From a bacterium (lineage in GTDB: Bacteria; Krumholzibacteriota; Krumholzibacteriia; LZORAL124-64-63), in contig JANOEP010000044.1 in the NCBI GenBank assembly GCA_031441465.1, forward strand, positions 1 through 64,000: a stretch of DNA of 64,000 bases, given 5' to 3'. The notes under the pieces were generated by a model that saw only the letters and a program-made list of their open reading frames with translations, ran no database searches and was not told the DNA's origin. The position numbers and the translations under genes were made by a program. Below are positions 1 to 8,679 of this stretch, in pieces (the first letter of the stretch is position 1; each line of letters begins with the position of its first letter).

Positions 1-11
1 TCCTCGACTTC

Positions 12-1028
12 GTGCTGAACCGCGACCAGCTGGCCCGCTACGGCCTGTCGGTCGATGCCGCCAACATGATGGTGATGACCGCCGTCGGCGGCGACAACCA
101 GACGACGACGGTCGAGGGCCGCGAGCGCTACGGCGTCAACGTGCGCTACGCCCGTGCTTACCGCGAGGACGTCGAGTCGCTGAAACGCGTGCTGCTGCCG
201 CTGCCGAACGGGCAGGGCCAGATCCCGATGAGCGAGATCGCGGATGTGAAGCTGGTCGAGGGCCCGTCGATGATCCGCGACGAGAACGGGCTGCTGTCGG
301 GCTACGTCTACGTGGACTTCTCGCCGGCGGCGGTCGACATCGGCAGCTACGTCACGCAGGCCAAGAAGGCCGTCGCCGCCGGGGCAGTGCTGCCGACGGG
401 GTATGCCTTGTCCTGGAGCGGTCAGTACGAGAACATGATCCGCGTGAAGGAACGGCTGAAGTTGGTCATCCCGCTCACCATCCTCCTGATCTTTGCGCTA
501 CTGTACATGAACACGAAGTCGGCCTTCAAGGCGTCCGTGGTCATGCTGGCGGTGCCGTTCTCGATGGTGGGCGCCGTCTGGCTGTTGCACGCGCTCCACT
601 ACAACGTCTCGATCGCGGTCTGGGTCGGCATGATCGCGCTGATGGGACTCGATGCCGAGACCGGCGTCTTCATGCTGCTGTTCCTGGACCTGTCGCACGA
701 CGAGGCCCGGAAGCGGGGCCAACTGAAGACTTCCGGCGACCTGGTCGAAGCCATCATTCACGGGGCGGTCAAGCGCGTCCGCCCGAAGGCGATGACCGTC
801 GCCGCCGCCTTCATCGGGCTGTTGCCGATCATGTGGTCCACCGGCCCGGGGGCCGACCTGATGAAGCGCATCGCGGCGCCGATGGTCGGCGGGCTCGTGA
901 CCTCGTTCGCGCTGGAGCTGCTCGTCTACCCGGCGATCTACTATCTGTGGCGTCGTCGCGAGGTCGTCGACGGTCCGGCGACCGAGCCGGGAGCCGGTGA
1001 CGGTGCTATGTTGGAGCCCGCGGCCTGA
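12..1028 (+). CDS. cusA: CusA/CzcA-family heavy-metal RND efflux permease, C-terminal part (gene begins before the window)
   Basis: GQYENM, GLDAETG, GAVKRVRPKAMT and IAAPMVGG motifs; paralogous to 16501..19782. Confidence 0.93.
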   Translation: MLNRDQLARYGLSVDAANMMVMTAVGGDNQTTTVEGRERYGVNVRYARAYREDVESLKRVLLPLPNGQGQIPMSEIADVKLVEGPSMIRDENGLLSGYVYVDFSPAAVDIGSYVTQAKKAVAAGAVLPTGYALSWSGQYENMIRVKERLKLVIPLTILLIFALLYMNTKSAFKASVVMLAVPFSMVGAVWLLHALHYNVSIAVWVGMIALMGLDAETGVFMLLFLDLSHDEARKRGQLKTSGDLVEAIIHGAVKRVRPKAMTVAAAFIGLLPIMWSTGPGADLMKRIAAPMVGGLVTSFALELLVYPAIYYLWRRREVVDGPATEPGAGDGAMLEPAA

Positions 1029-1091
1029 AGGTTGCGGCGGGAGTCCCTTGAACGAAGATGAGGCTCCTGGATGAGTCGATACCGGAAATGA

Positions 1092-1697
1092 GTGCTGGTA
1101 GCCACGATGACGGCGGTTGCGACCTGCGGCGTGCTCGTGGTGGTCGCCGCACTGCACCTTGTCACGCACGGGGTGAGCGCTCGGGAGGAGCCGACCATGG
1201 CGGAGTGCCGGGCCGCCGGCATGATGCGCAGACTGGCGACGCCCTCCGCGGCCAGGAATCTTGTCAATCCGGTCTCGGCCGACGAGGCCACTCTCGCTGA
1301 AGCACGGGCGCACTTCGCGGACCACTGCGCACTGTGCCACGGCAATGACGGTCGGGGACAGACGCCCATCGGACGGAATCTATACCCGAAGGCGCCGGAC
1401 ATGACGCTGGCGCAGACCCAGCGGCTCACCGACGGCGAACTTTTCTACATCATCACTAACGGCATCAGACTGACGGGAATGCCGGCCTGGGGCTCAGGAA
1501 CGCCCCAGGACGACGAAGCAACTTGGCGGCTCGTGCTGTTGATCCGGCGACTTGACCAACTTACGCCGGAACAGATCCGGCAGATGAAGGGTAAGAATCC
1601 CCTGTCGCGTGCCCAATTTGAAGAAGAAGAGCAGGAGCGACTCTGGCTGGAAGGCGGAAGCAACCAAAGCGCGTCGGGCGACCTGCCGCCGCGTTGA
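1092..1697 (+). CDS. Mono-heme c-type cytochrome with N-terminal anchor
   Basis: CALCH heme motif; TDGELFYIITNGIRLTGMPAW segment with the Met axial ligand. Confidence 0.85.
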   Translation: MLVATMTAVATCGVLVVVAALHLVTHGVSAREEPTMAECRAAGMMRRLATPSAARNLVNPVSADEATLAEARAHFADHCALCHGNDGRGQTPIGRNLYPKAPDMTLAQTQRLTDGELFYIITNGIRLTGMPAWGSGTPQDDEATWRLVLLIRRLDQLTPEQIRQMKGKNPLSRAQFEEEEQERLWLEGGSNQSASGDLPPR

Positions 1698-1711
1698 GAA
1701 GGGAATAGACC

Positions 1712-2038
1712 ATGAAGACGAAGACGAAGACCGGGGCACTGTTGAGTTTCTTGCTGATTCTGGCGGTGCCCGTGGCTGTTCTGGCCCACGAGGATCATAA
1801 GCACCACCTGATGGGGACCGTGGCCGTGATCGACGCGGCCCACATGACCCTGACGACCACGGAAGGCAAGACAGCCTCCGTGGCCATCACTGCGGACATC
1901 AAGGTCTTCCGGGAGAAGACCGCGGCCAAGTTGGCCGACATCAAGGTTGGAGACCGGGTCATGGTGGAAACGGACGGCGCCACCGACAAGCCGAAAGCAA
2001 TCTCGATCATGTTGGGGGCTGAGATGAACAAGAAGTAG
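1712..2038 (+). CDS. Small exported protein with His-rich mature N-terminus (HEDHKHH), probable OB-fold metal chaperone
   Basis: Signal peptide ending VLA-H; GTV...DIKVGDRVMV beta-barrel pattern; copper-gene context. Confidence 0.6.
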   Translation: MKTKTKTGALLSFLLILAVPVAVLAHEDHKHHLMGTVAVIDAAHMTLTTTEGKTASVAITADIKVFREKTAAKLADIKVGDRVMVETDGATDKPKAISIMLGAEMNKK

Positions 2039-2086
2039 TTTGCGGCGCCGGCGGGCAGCCCCGCGCGCCCAGTCCCTGCAGTTGGC

Positions 2087-2131
2087 CCGGCCCGCGACAC
2101 TGGGCGTCCTGTCGCGGGCCGGCGCAGTTTT
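2087..2131 (+). terminator. Probable intrinsic terminator
   Basis: 13-bp inverted repeat CCGGCCCGCGACA/TGTCGCGGGCCGG followed by CGCAGTTTT. Confidence 0.45.
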
Positions 2132-2311
2132 AGAGACTATTCTCCGGTCGCCTGCGGGATTGTCATCAACTCGCTGTGCGGATCGGCTCGCCACAACAAG
2201 CAACTAGTTGCCCCGCAACATCTTAAGGTATTGGTCCGATAGTTGCGATGGAAGTCGTCAACGCTCGTTGATGTAGGCCGGACCCATGAACTCGCGGGAT
2301 GAGGTACGAAC

Positions 2312-2806
2312 ATGACCATCGACCGACTGCTGCCCGGACGCACATTCAGAGTCCTGTCAATCCTGGCGGTACTACTCCTGCTCGCGTCGCGACCGGCGGT
2401 CGCGCAATGCTCAATGGGACAAGGCGGCACGCACGACCACGGCAATACCCGCGGGAAGGCAACTGTCTCGACACCGGTGTCCACCGTGGAATTGCAGCAA
2501 AGCATCGACCAGTTGCTGGCCGACGAGCGCGGACGCGCCTTCCTCGCCGACTCGCTGCTGAACGACACTGACTTCATGCACGGATTCGTCGCGCGCCTGA
2601 TGGCCGATCCGAAGTGGAGCGCCCTGGCGACCCGCATGCAGGCGGAGTCCCCGAACAGCAAGGGCGTTGCCGACGCGGCGGTTCGTGAGCAGCCGCAGGT
2701 GTCGTACACATGCCCGATGCATCCGGAAGTCCAGTCTACAGCTCCCGGTGCCTGCCCTGTCTGCGGAATGCGCCTGGTGCGCAATGAGACCGATGATCGC
2801 AAGTAG
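2312..2806 (+). CDS. Exported heavy-metal-binding-domain protein
   Basis: Signal peptide; C-terminal YTCPMHP...CPVCGM motif. Confidence 0.8.
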   Translation: MTIDRLLPGRTFRVLSILAVLLLLASRPAVAQCSMGQGGTHDHGNTRGKATVSTPVSTVELQQSIDQLLADERGRAFLADSLLNDTDFMHGFVARLMADPKWSALATRMQAESPNSKGVADAAVREQPQVSYTCPMHPEVQSTAPGACPVCGMRLVRNETDDRK

Positions 2807-2879
2807 CCCAAGCGCCACGCGCCCGCGGTGACTCGTCTGCATCCGTCACGTAACGCCACCCATGACCCCGGAGGTCGAC

Positions 2880-3464
2880 ATGTTGCCCAAATTTTTCGTT
2901 GCCGCTCTTCTGGTTCTATTTTTACTCGCTGGTTGCTCCGCGGATCCAACGGCTCCGCCCGGTTCACAGGCGCGCGCGCCATTGACGCTCACGCCGGCGG
3001 ATGGCACGACCAACGTCCAATTGGACGCGCCCGTCATACTCGCCTTCGCCGTGGCCGTTGACCGCGCCGTGGTGGAACGTGACATGCACCTGATCAGTGA
3101 ATTCGACCTGATGAACGCAGCCTGCCCCGATTTGGCGATGGCGCCGCACGGCGACATGATGACCGTCATGGCGGATTCACTGATGATGCGGCACCTTGAC
3201 GAAGCCCACGCCACCGACATCACTTACGAGTGGAACGCTGAGGGTACGGAATGCACCGTACGGCCCGTGGCCTGGTTGCGATCCCAGACGCGCTACATGG
3301 TCCACGTGAACCGCGAGATGTCCGAGATGATGCAGTCCCGCATGGACTCGATCGGCGGGATGGGCGGGATGGGCGGGCACGGCTCCGGCGACACGGATGC
3401 GGACATGATGTTCCACTTCACGACCCTGGACACATCAGGTGGCGGGCATCTGGGACATCACTAG
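2880..3464 (+). CDS. Met/His-rich lipoprotein with Ig-like (Big_5-type) domain
   Basis: GGAGG RBS at 2870-2874; lipobox LAGC; LTPADGTTNV Ig start; Met-rich inserts and GGHLGHH tail. Confidence 0.65.
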   Translation: MLPKFFVAALLVLFLLAGCSADPTAPPGSQARAPLTLTPADGTTNVQLDAPVILAFAVAVDRAVVERDMHLISEFDLMNAACPDLAMAPHGDMMTVMADSLMMRHLDEAHATDITYEWNAEGTECTVRPVAWLRSQTRYMVHVNREMSEMMQSRMDSIGGMGGMGGHGSGDTDADMMFHFTTLDTSGGGHLGHH

Positions 3465-3494
3465 TCCAGGGAAGCAGGCCCCTCTCAGATACAC

Positions 3495-3743
3495 ATCTGG
3501 CTGTTCCACCTGCTGCACTACAACGTGTCGATCTCCGCCTAGGTGGGAATGATCGCCCTGCTCGGCCTCGTCGCGGAGGCCATCCTGCACGGTGCGGTCA
3601 AGCGCGTGCCCGAAGTTGATGACGGCCGCTGCGGCGCCGATGATCGGCGGGCTGTCGACGTCCTTCCTGCTGGAACTGCTCGTGTACCCAGCGGTCTACA
3701 AGCTGTGGAAAACGAGGGAGCTGGGCCTGGGGCGCCCTGGTGA
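3495..3743 (+). pseudogene. cusA: Decayed cusA 3'-end remnant
   Basis: Translates as IWLFHLLHYNVSISA*VGMIALLGL...AILHGAVKRV / PKLMT...AAPMIGGLSTSFLLELLVYPAVYKLWKTRELGL, with an in-frame TAG, a frameshift and two internal deletions relative to 16501..19782. Confidence 0.85.
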
Positions 3744-3777
3744 GCGGCGGGTCCCGGCGGCAGCCCGCCACGAATCG

Positions 3778-3806
3778 TTGATCCAGCGGCGTTGTGACGG
3801 TATCCT
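3778..3806 (+). promoter_or_regulatory. Putative sigma70-type promoter for the ECF sigma gene
   Basis: TTGATC-17 nt-TATCCT about 40 nt upstream of the GTG start. Confidence 0.45.
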
Positions 3807-3845
3807 GGCGCGAGGCCCGGAAGGCTGAGGCGCCAGGAGGCGGAC

Positions 3846-4445
3846 GTGACCGGTGACGGCGAGCGACACGACGAGCAGGTCCTGGCCGCGGGACTGCGGT
3901 CCACGGCGCCCTGGGCGCGACAGGAATTCTTCGTCGCCGCCCACGACGCGGTCTATGCCTATGCCTGCCGTCTGACGCGCGACGTCGACCTGCGGCGCGA
4001 TTGGACCCACGACTGCCTGCTGCGCCTCGCCGGGGAAGTCGCCGAAGGGCGTTTCGTCTACCGGCGGCCGGGCTCGTTCTGGGCCTGGTTCCGCACCCGC
4101 GCCCCCTTCGTGGTGCTCGATAGCCTGCGCGCGCGCCGGCGGCTGGAATCCCGCGAACTCTCGACGGGGACCGATCCCGACGACGTTCCCGATCCGCCGG
4201 CGTCCGACGATCCCCGGCTCGACCTCGAGCGCCTGGAAATCCTGCACGCCGTGAACGCCTGCCTGGAACACCTGACGAACCCCGATCAGCGCCGGGTCCT
4301 GTCGTTGCTGCTGTTCGAGGAGATGTCGTATGAGGAGATCGCCGTGTCGATCGGCCGGCCCCTCAACACGGTTCGCACGGACATCCGGCGCGGTCGTCTG
4401 GCCCTGCGCAGCTGCCTGGTGCTACGGCTGGGTCTGGAACGATGA
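3846..4445 (+). CDS. ECF (sigma-70 group 4) RNA polymerase sigma factor
   Basis: Region 2 (D..HD..L, SFWAWF) and region 4 (EEMSYEEIA...PLNTVRTDIRRG); AGGAGG RBS. Confidence 0.88.
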   Translation: MTGDGERHDEQVLAAGLRSTAPWARQEFFVAAHDAVYAYACRLTRDVDLRRDWTHDCLLRLAGEVAEGRFVYRRPGSFWAWFRTRAPFVVLDSLRARRRLESRELSTGTDPDDVPDPPASDDPRLDLERLEILHAVNACLEHLTNPDQRRVLSLLLFEEMSYEEIAVSIGRPLNTVRTDIRRGRLALRSCLVLRLGLER

Positions 4446-4503
4446 ACGGCCGCGTTGCAACTTTCGGGCGGTTCGGCGCCGTGTTCCCGGCGGAGGTGGT
4501 AAG

Positions 4504-5286
4504 GTGACATCCGAATGCACACGGCTGCGCCGGCTGATCCTCGTCGAGGAGGATCTCGAAGCGCAGGAGCTGTCCGAGGTGCGGCGCCACCTGCAGAGTT
4601 GCTCCGCCTGCCGCTCGCTGCGCGACCGCGTGCTCACCGTCGAAGACGCGGTGCGGGCGGTCGCCGCCCTGCCCGAGACGCCGGATCCCCTCGCGGCGTC
4701 GAGCGAGGTCGAACGCGACCAGGCGCGCGCCAGCCTCTCGGCGCTGTTGGCCGCACCGGCGACGCGCCCGTCCCCGCGGTGGTGGCGGCCGCTGCCGCTG
4801 GCGTTGGCCGCGGTCGTGGCCCTCGCGGTCTTTTGGCCCGCTCTGCAGAGCGGGGCGCCGGTGCGCGACCTGCGGGTCGGGTCGCCCCTGGTCCTGCGGG
4901 GTGGTACGCCGGCGCCGGCAGGCGAGACGCACGGCGTGAGCCTCCGTCTGAAGAAGCCCGGCTACCCGGTCCTGGTCCACATCGACGGGGGAGGCGCGGC
5001 GCGCCTGCTCCACCCGACCGCCGGGGCTCCGCCAGCGTTGATGGCCGAGGGCAGGCTCGTGCTGCTGCCGACGGGCGATGCGCCCGCATGGCGCGCGGAT
5101 CTGGCGCCCGGCCCCGAGACCTACCTGCTGGCCGTCGCCACCCGGGAACCGCCCGATCCGGCGCAGCTGCGGGCGCTGCTGGCGATCGCGGCCGGGACGC
5201 GGCAGGAGGCGATCCGCACGGTCGCCGAGCGCCTCTCCGCGACGGTCGGCAAGGTGTCCCGTTGCGACGACCCGAGCACGGACTGA
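4504..5286 (+). CDS. Anti-sigma factor: zinc-binding HxxxCxxC N-terminus, one TM helix, DUF4384-like extracytoplasmic domain
   Basis: HLQSCSAC; TM PLPLALAAVVALAVFWPAL; GYPVLVHID...LLHP...GPETYLLAVAT; GGAGG before the GTG. Confidence 0.72.
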   Translation: MTSECTRLRRLILVEEDLEAQELSEVRRHLQSCSACRSLRDRVLTVEDAVRAVAALPETPDPLAASSEVERDQARASLSALLAAPATRPSPRWWRPLPLALAAVVALAVFWPALQSGAPVRDLRVGSPLVLRGGTPAPAGETHGVSLRLKKPGYPVLVHIDGGGAARLLHPTAGAPPALMAEGRLVLLPTGDAPAWRADLAPGPETYLLAVATREPPDPAQLRALLAIAAGTRQEAIRTVAERLSATVGKVSRCDDPSTD

Positions 5287-5413
5287 TCTGCTCGCCCCTT
5301 CTCCCTGTATTTAACCCCCGCCTCACCGCACCGGTGCGTGGGCAAGCCCGTCCGGGTATGGTAGCCTCGATCCGCGTCGAGGAGCCGACCATCCCCGCCG
5401 GGAGCAACCAGAC

Positions 5414-8125
5414 ATGCGCCACGCCCTCGCGCCGATTCTGATCGCCTTCGCCGTTTCCTTCACGACGGCCGCGGCCGCCGCGACGACCGACCACGTCGCT
5501 CTCGCCGCCCGGTTGGCCGACTGGCGCGCGCGCTCCCTGCCGGACTCCGTGGAAACGCTCGTCGCGTCGATGCTGCCGCCGGCCCGCGAGGCCGGCGACA
5601 GTGCGCTCGTCGCGACGCTGACGCTCGAGCGCGGCATGACGCGCGTCGCCTACGGCCGCGCGGCCGACGGCGAGGCCGACCTGCGCGAAGCCCTCGCGCT
5701 GGCCGAAGCGCGTGGCAACACGCCGGCCGCCCTGAAGGCGCTGCGCTACCTGGCGGAGGCCTGCCAGCACCTCGGGCGGCGCGACGAATCGGCGGCGACG
5801 TTCGCCGAGCTGGAGACCAGGGCCCGCGCGGCGGGCGACGGCTTCCACACCGGCAAGGCCCTGTACGGTCGCGGGCGCCTGCTCTACCGGGCGCGCGACC
5901 TCGCCGGCGCCGACTCCCTCTACTCGGCCGCCCGCCCCTTCCTGGAGGCCGCCGCCGATTCGGCCGATCTCGCCGCCCTCTTCAACGGGCTGGGCAACTG
6001 CCGCGCCGGCCGCGGAGCCTACCGCGACGCCGCAGCGCACTATGCGCGCGCGGCGGTCATGGCGCGGGGCGGCGGCTCGCGCTCGCTGGAGGCCATGGCC
6101 GCGAACAACCTCGCTGGCATCGAGATGATCCTCGGCGATCCGGGAGCGGCGGTCGCTGGTTACCGTCGCGCCCGCGACATCCAGCGCGAGCTCGAACTCT
6201 GGCAGCAGGCCGGCGCGCCCTGGCGCAACCTGGCGTCGGCGCTGCTGGAGCTGGGATCGTCGGACGAGGCCGGCGCCGAGCTGGAGGCCGCGCTGGCCTT
6301 CTGCCGCGAGCGCGGCTTCCGCGACGAGGAGGCCCTCACGCTCGTCCGTCTCGCCGAGGTCGACCTGGCCGCCGGCCGGTACGCCGCGGCTTACGCCCGC
6401 TGTCGGGAGGCGATGGCATCGGACGTGGAACTCGCGCCGGACGTGCTCTGCAACGCGCGCCTGGCCGCGGCCGACGCGCTGCTCGGTCTGGATCGCGGCG
6501 ACGAGGCCCTGGCGGAGTGCGCTGCCGCCGCGGCCCCGCTCGAAGGTCGCGACGATTTCATCCTGGAGATGCAGCTGGCCGCCGGCCGCAGCCGCGTGCT
6601 GCGCGCGCTCGGCCGCCACGCCGAAGCGCTCGCCGTCGTCGCACCGGCGCTGGCGGCGGCGACGGCCGCCGACGTCGCGCGCCACCGGCTGCCCCTGCTG
6701 GTCGCGGGCGCCGAATCCTGGCGGGCGCTGGGCGCCGCCGACTCGGCCGGCGTCTGGCTCGATGCGGCGCAGCGGCTCTGGGAGCGGGAGCGCGCCCTGC
6801 CGGCGGATCCCCAGTGGCGGGAACGGCGCGGCGCCGAGGCCCAGCGTCTGTTCGAACTGCGGCTCGGCCTGGCGATGGAGCGGTCCGACCCGGTCGCGGC
6901 CTTCGACGCCGCCCAGCGTTACAAGGCGCGCACGATGCTCGAACGCATCCTGGGCCCCGGCGAGGAACTGCCGGTCGCGCAAGAGGCGCCGCCCATCACC
7001 CTGCACGACCTGCAGACCGCCGTCCTGGAGCCGGGCGAAGTCCTGCTGGACGTGTTCGCGGGCCGGGACCGCGGCTGGCTTTTCGTCGTCACGCGCGACG
7101 ACCTCCTCGCGAGGCCGCTGCCCGGCGGGGACGGTTGGGAGGCCGTCCTCGCACCGCTGTTCACGCAGCTCGCCCACCCCTTCGACGACTTCGACGCGCG
7201 CGACGCCTGCGCCGCGCGCGACACGCTGCTGGGCGCGCCGGGATCACCGGCGGCGGCGGCGGCGGTCGCCGGCGCCGCGACGGTCTTCGTCTGTCCGGAC
7301 GGCGTCCTGCACCGCGCCCCCTTCGCCCTGCTGCTGGCGCCGGCCGAACCCCGCCGGCTGCCCTCGGCGACCGTGCTGGCGCATCTGCGCGCCCGCGCCG
7401 CGCCGCCACCGGCGGCGGCGTGCGTGCTGGCGGTCGCGGGCCGCGAGAACGCCGGCCGCGGTCGCCTGTCCGGCGCCGGCGCCGAGGTCGCGCGCCTGCG
7501 ACGGCGGTTCCGGCGCGTCACCGTACCGTCGGCGGCCCGCACCGACACCGCCGCCTTCGGCGGCGCCGCGGTGGAGAGCTTCGACGTCCTGCATTTCGCC
7601 AGCCACGGCGAAGTCGATGCGCAACGGCCCTGGAATTCGGCCCTCGTCTTCGGCGACGCGGACCGCCCCCTGCGCGTGCGCGCCGGCGACATCGCCCGCC
7701 TCGACCTGAAGGCACAGCTGGCGGTTCTCTCCAGCTGCGGCAGCGCGGACGGCGGGCTGGTAGCCGGGGAGGGTGTGCTCGGATTAGCCTCCGGGTTCCT
7801 GGGTGCCGGCGTGCCGGCCGTGGTAGCCACGCTCTGGCCGGTCGACGACACGACGACAGCCCGGCTGATCGGTGTCTTCTACGACGAGCTGGCCGCCGGC
7901 CGACCGCCGGCGGCGGCCCTCGGCGCGGCCCGCGCGGCGTTGCGCGGCGATCCCGCGACGTCGCACCCGTTCTTCTGGGCGGGCTTCGTCCTGCTAGGGG
8001 AAGGGGACGAGCCGATACCATTGCAACCGCGCCGCGTTCCCCGGGGCCTGATCGCCGGGATCGCGGTCATCGCCGCTGCGGGCGTGCTGGCAGTGCCGGT
8101 CCTGCGGCGCAGGCGGTCACCATAA
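5414..8125 (+). CDS. TPR-repeat + CHAT (caspase-like) protease with N-terminal signal peptide and C-terminal TM anchor
   Basis: TPR-like helices; PDGVLHRAPF, LHFASHG (His), VLSSC (Cys), VVATLWPVDD, HPFFWAGF; C-terminal hydrophobic stretch followed by RRRR. Confidence 0.9.
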   Translation: MRHALAPILIAFAVSFTTAAAAATTDHVALAARLADWRARSLPDSVETLVASMLPPAREAGDSALVATLTLERGMTRVAYGRAADGEADLREALALAEARGNTPAALKALRYLAEACQHLGRRDESAATFAELETRARAAGDGFHTGKALYGRGRLLYRARDLAGADSLYSAARPFLEAAADSADLAALFNGLGNCRAGRGAYRDAAAHYARAAVMARGGGSRSLEAMAANNLAGIEMILGDPGAAVAGYRRARDIQRELELWQQAGAPWRNLASALLELGSSDEAGAELEAALAFCRERGFRDEEALTLVRLAEVDLAAGRYAAAYARCREAMASDVELAPDVLCNARLAAADALLGLDRGDEALAECAAAAAPLEGRDDFILEMQLAAGRSRVLRALGRHAEALAVVAPALAAATAADVARHRLPLLVAGAESWRALGAADSAGVWLDAAQRLWERERALPADPQWRERRGAEAQRLFELRLGLAMERSDPVAAFDAAQRYKARTMLERILGPGEELPVAQEAPPITLHDLQTAVLEPGEVLLDVFAGRDRGWLFVVTRDDLLARPLPGGDGWEAVLAPLFTQLAHPFDDFDARDACAARDTLLGAPGSPAAAAAVAGAATVFVCPDGVLHRAPFALLLAPAEPRRLPSATVLAHLRARAAPPPAAACVLAVAGRENAGRGRLSGAGAEVARLRRRFRRVTVPSAARTDTAAFGGAAVESFDVLHFASHGEVDAQRPWNSALVFGDADRPLRVRAGDIARLDLKAQLAVLSSCGSADGGLVAGEGVLGLASGFLGAGVPAVVATLWPVDDTTTARLIGVFYDELAAGRPPAAALGAARAALRGDPATSHPFFWAGFVLLGEGDEPIPLQPRRVPRGLIAGIAVIAAAGVLAVPVLRRRRSP

Positions 8126-8135
8126 ATGATTGATA
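8123..8135. promoter_or_regulatory. IHF-consensus-like site in an AT-rich intergenic patch
   Basis: TAAATGATTGATA matches TAA-N4-TTGATW; TATAAT lies just downstream. Confidence 0.3.
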
Positions 8136-8268
8136 TTATTAAATATAATGAACATGGCACCCTGCCGGTCCACGCCAATCCTTCCCATCGATCAATTCCA
8201 TGAAACTAAACGATTCTGTCGGCTCGTTTTCCCGAGGAGTGTACCCACCCGCATCCCGGAGTGACGCC

Positions 8269-8679
8269 ATGAACCCCTGCATCAAGTTCTTCTGCGCGGC
8301 GCTGCTGGCCGGCGCCTGCGCGCTCGCCGCGCCGGCCCGCGCCGCAGCGCCGGTCTTCGCGGCCAAGGTCGCCGGCATCGAGTCGGCCCAGGCCGCCGAA
8401 CTCGTCCGCCTGGGCGAGGCGATCGCCGCCGCCGCCGCCGGCCCCGTCGAGGTGCTCGCCCTCCAGCGCTGCGCGGCGTACGTGAAATCGGCCAGCCGTC
8501 TCGCGCTGCACGAAGCGCAGATGGAGACCGCAACCGACGATTCGTTGCGGGCGAACATCTCCGTCCTCGTCCAGGATCTGCGTGCGCGGCTCGAAGTGCA
8601 GAAGACGCAACTGCCGGCCGACTACTCGTTCGCGCCTTCGGCGCCCGTCGTCCAGGAGGTGCCGCCGTGCGCAGAGTGA
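8269..8679 (+). CDS. Small exported helical hypothetical protein overlapping the start of the next gene
   Basis: GGAG RBS; signal peptide ending ARA; contains the AGGAGG RBS of the 8667 gene. Confidence 0.6.
   Translation: MNPCIKFFCAALLAGACALAAPARAAAPVFAAKVAGIESAQAAELVRLGEAIAAAAAGPVEVLALQRCAAYVKSASRLALHEAQMETATDDSLRANISVLVQDLRARLEVQKTQLPADYSFAPSAPVVQEVPPCAE

Noticed and set aside
3540..3542. In-frame TAG in the cusA remnant as possible recoding (pyrrolysine/readthrough)
   Set aside because: Accompanied by a frameshift and deletions and there is no 5' gene body, so it is decay
3846..8125. CRISPR-associated (Craspase/CASP) interpretation of CHAT + sigma
   Set aside because: No cas genes or repeat-spacer array visible; the protease appears extracytoplasmic
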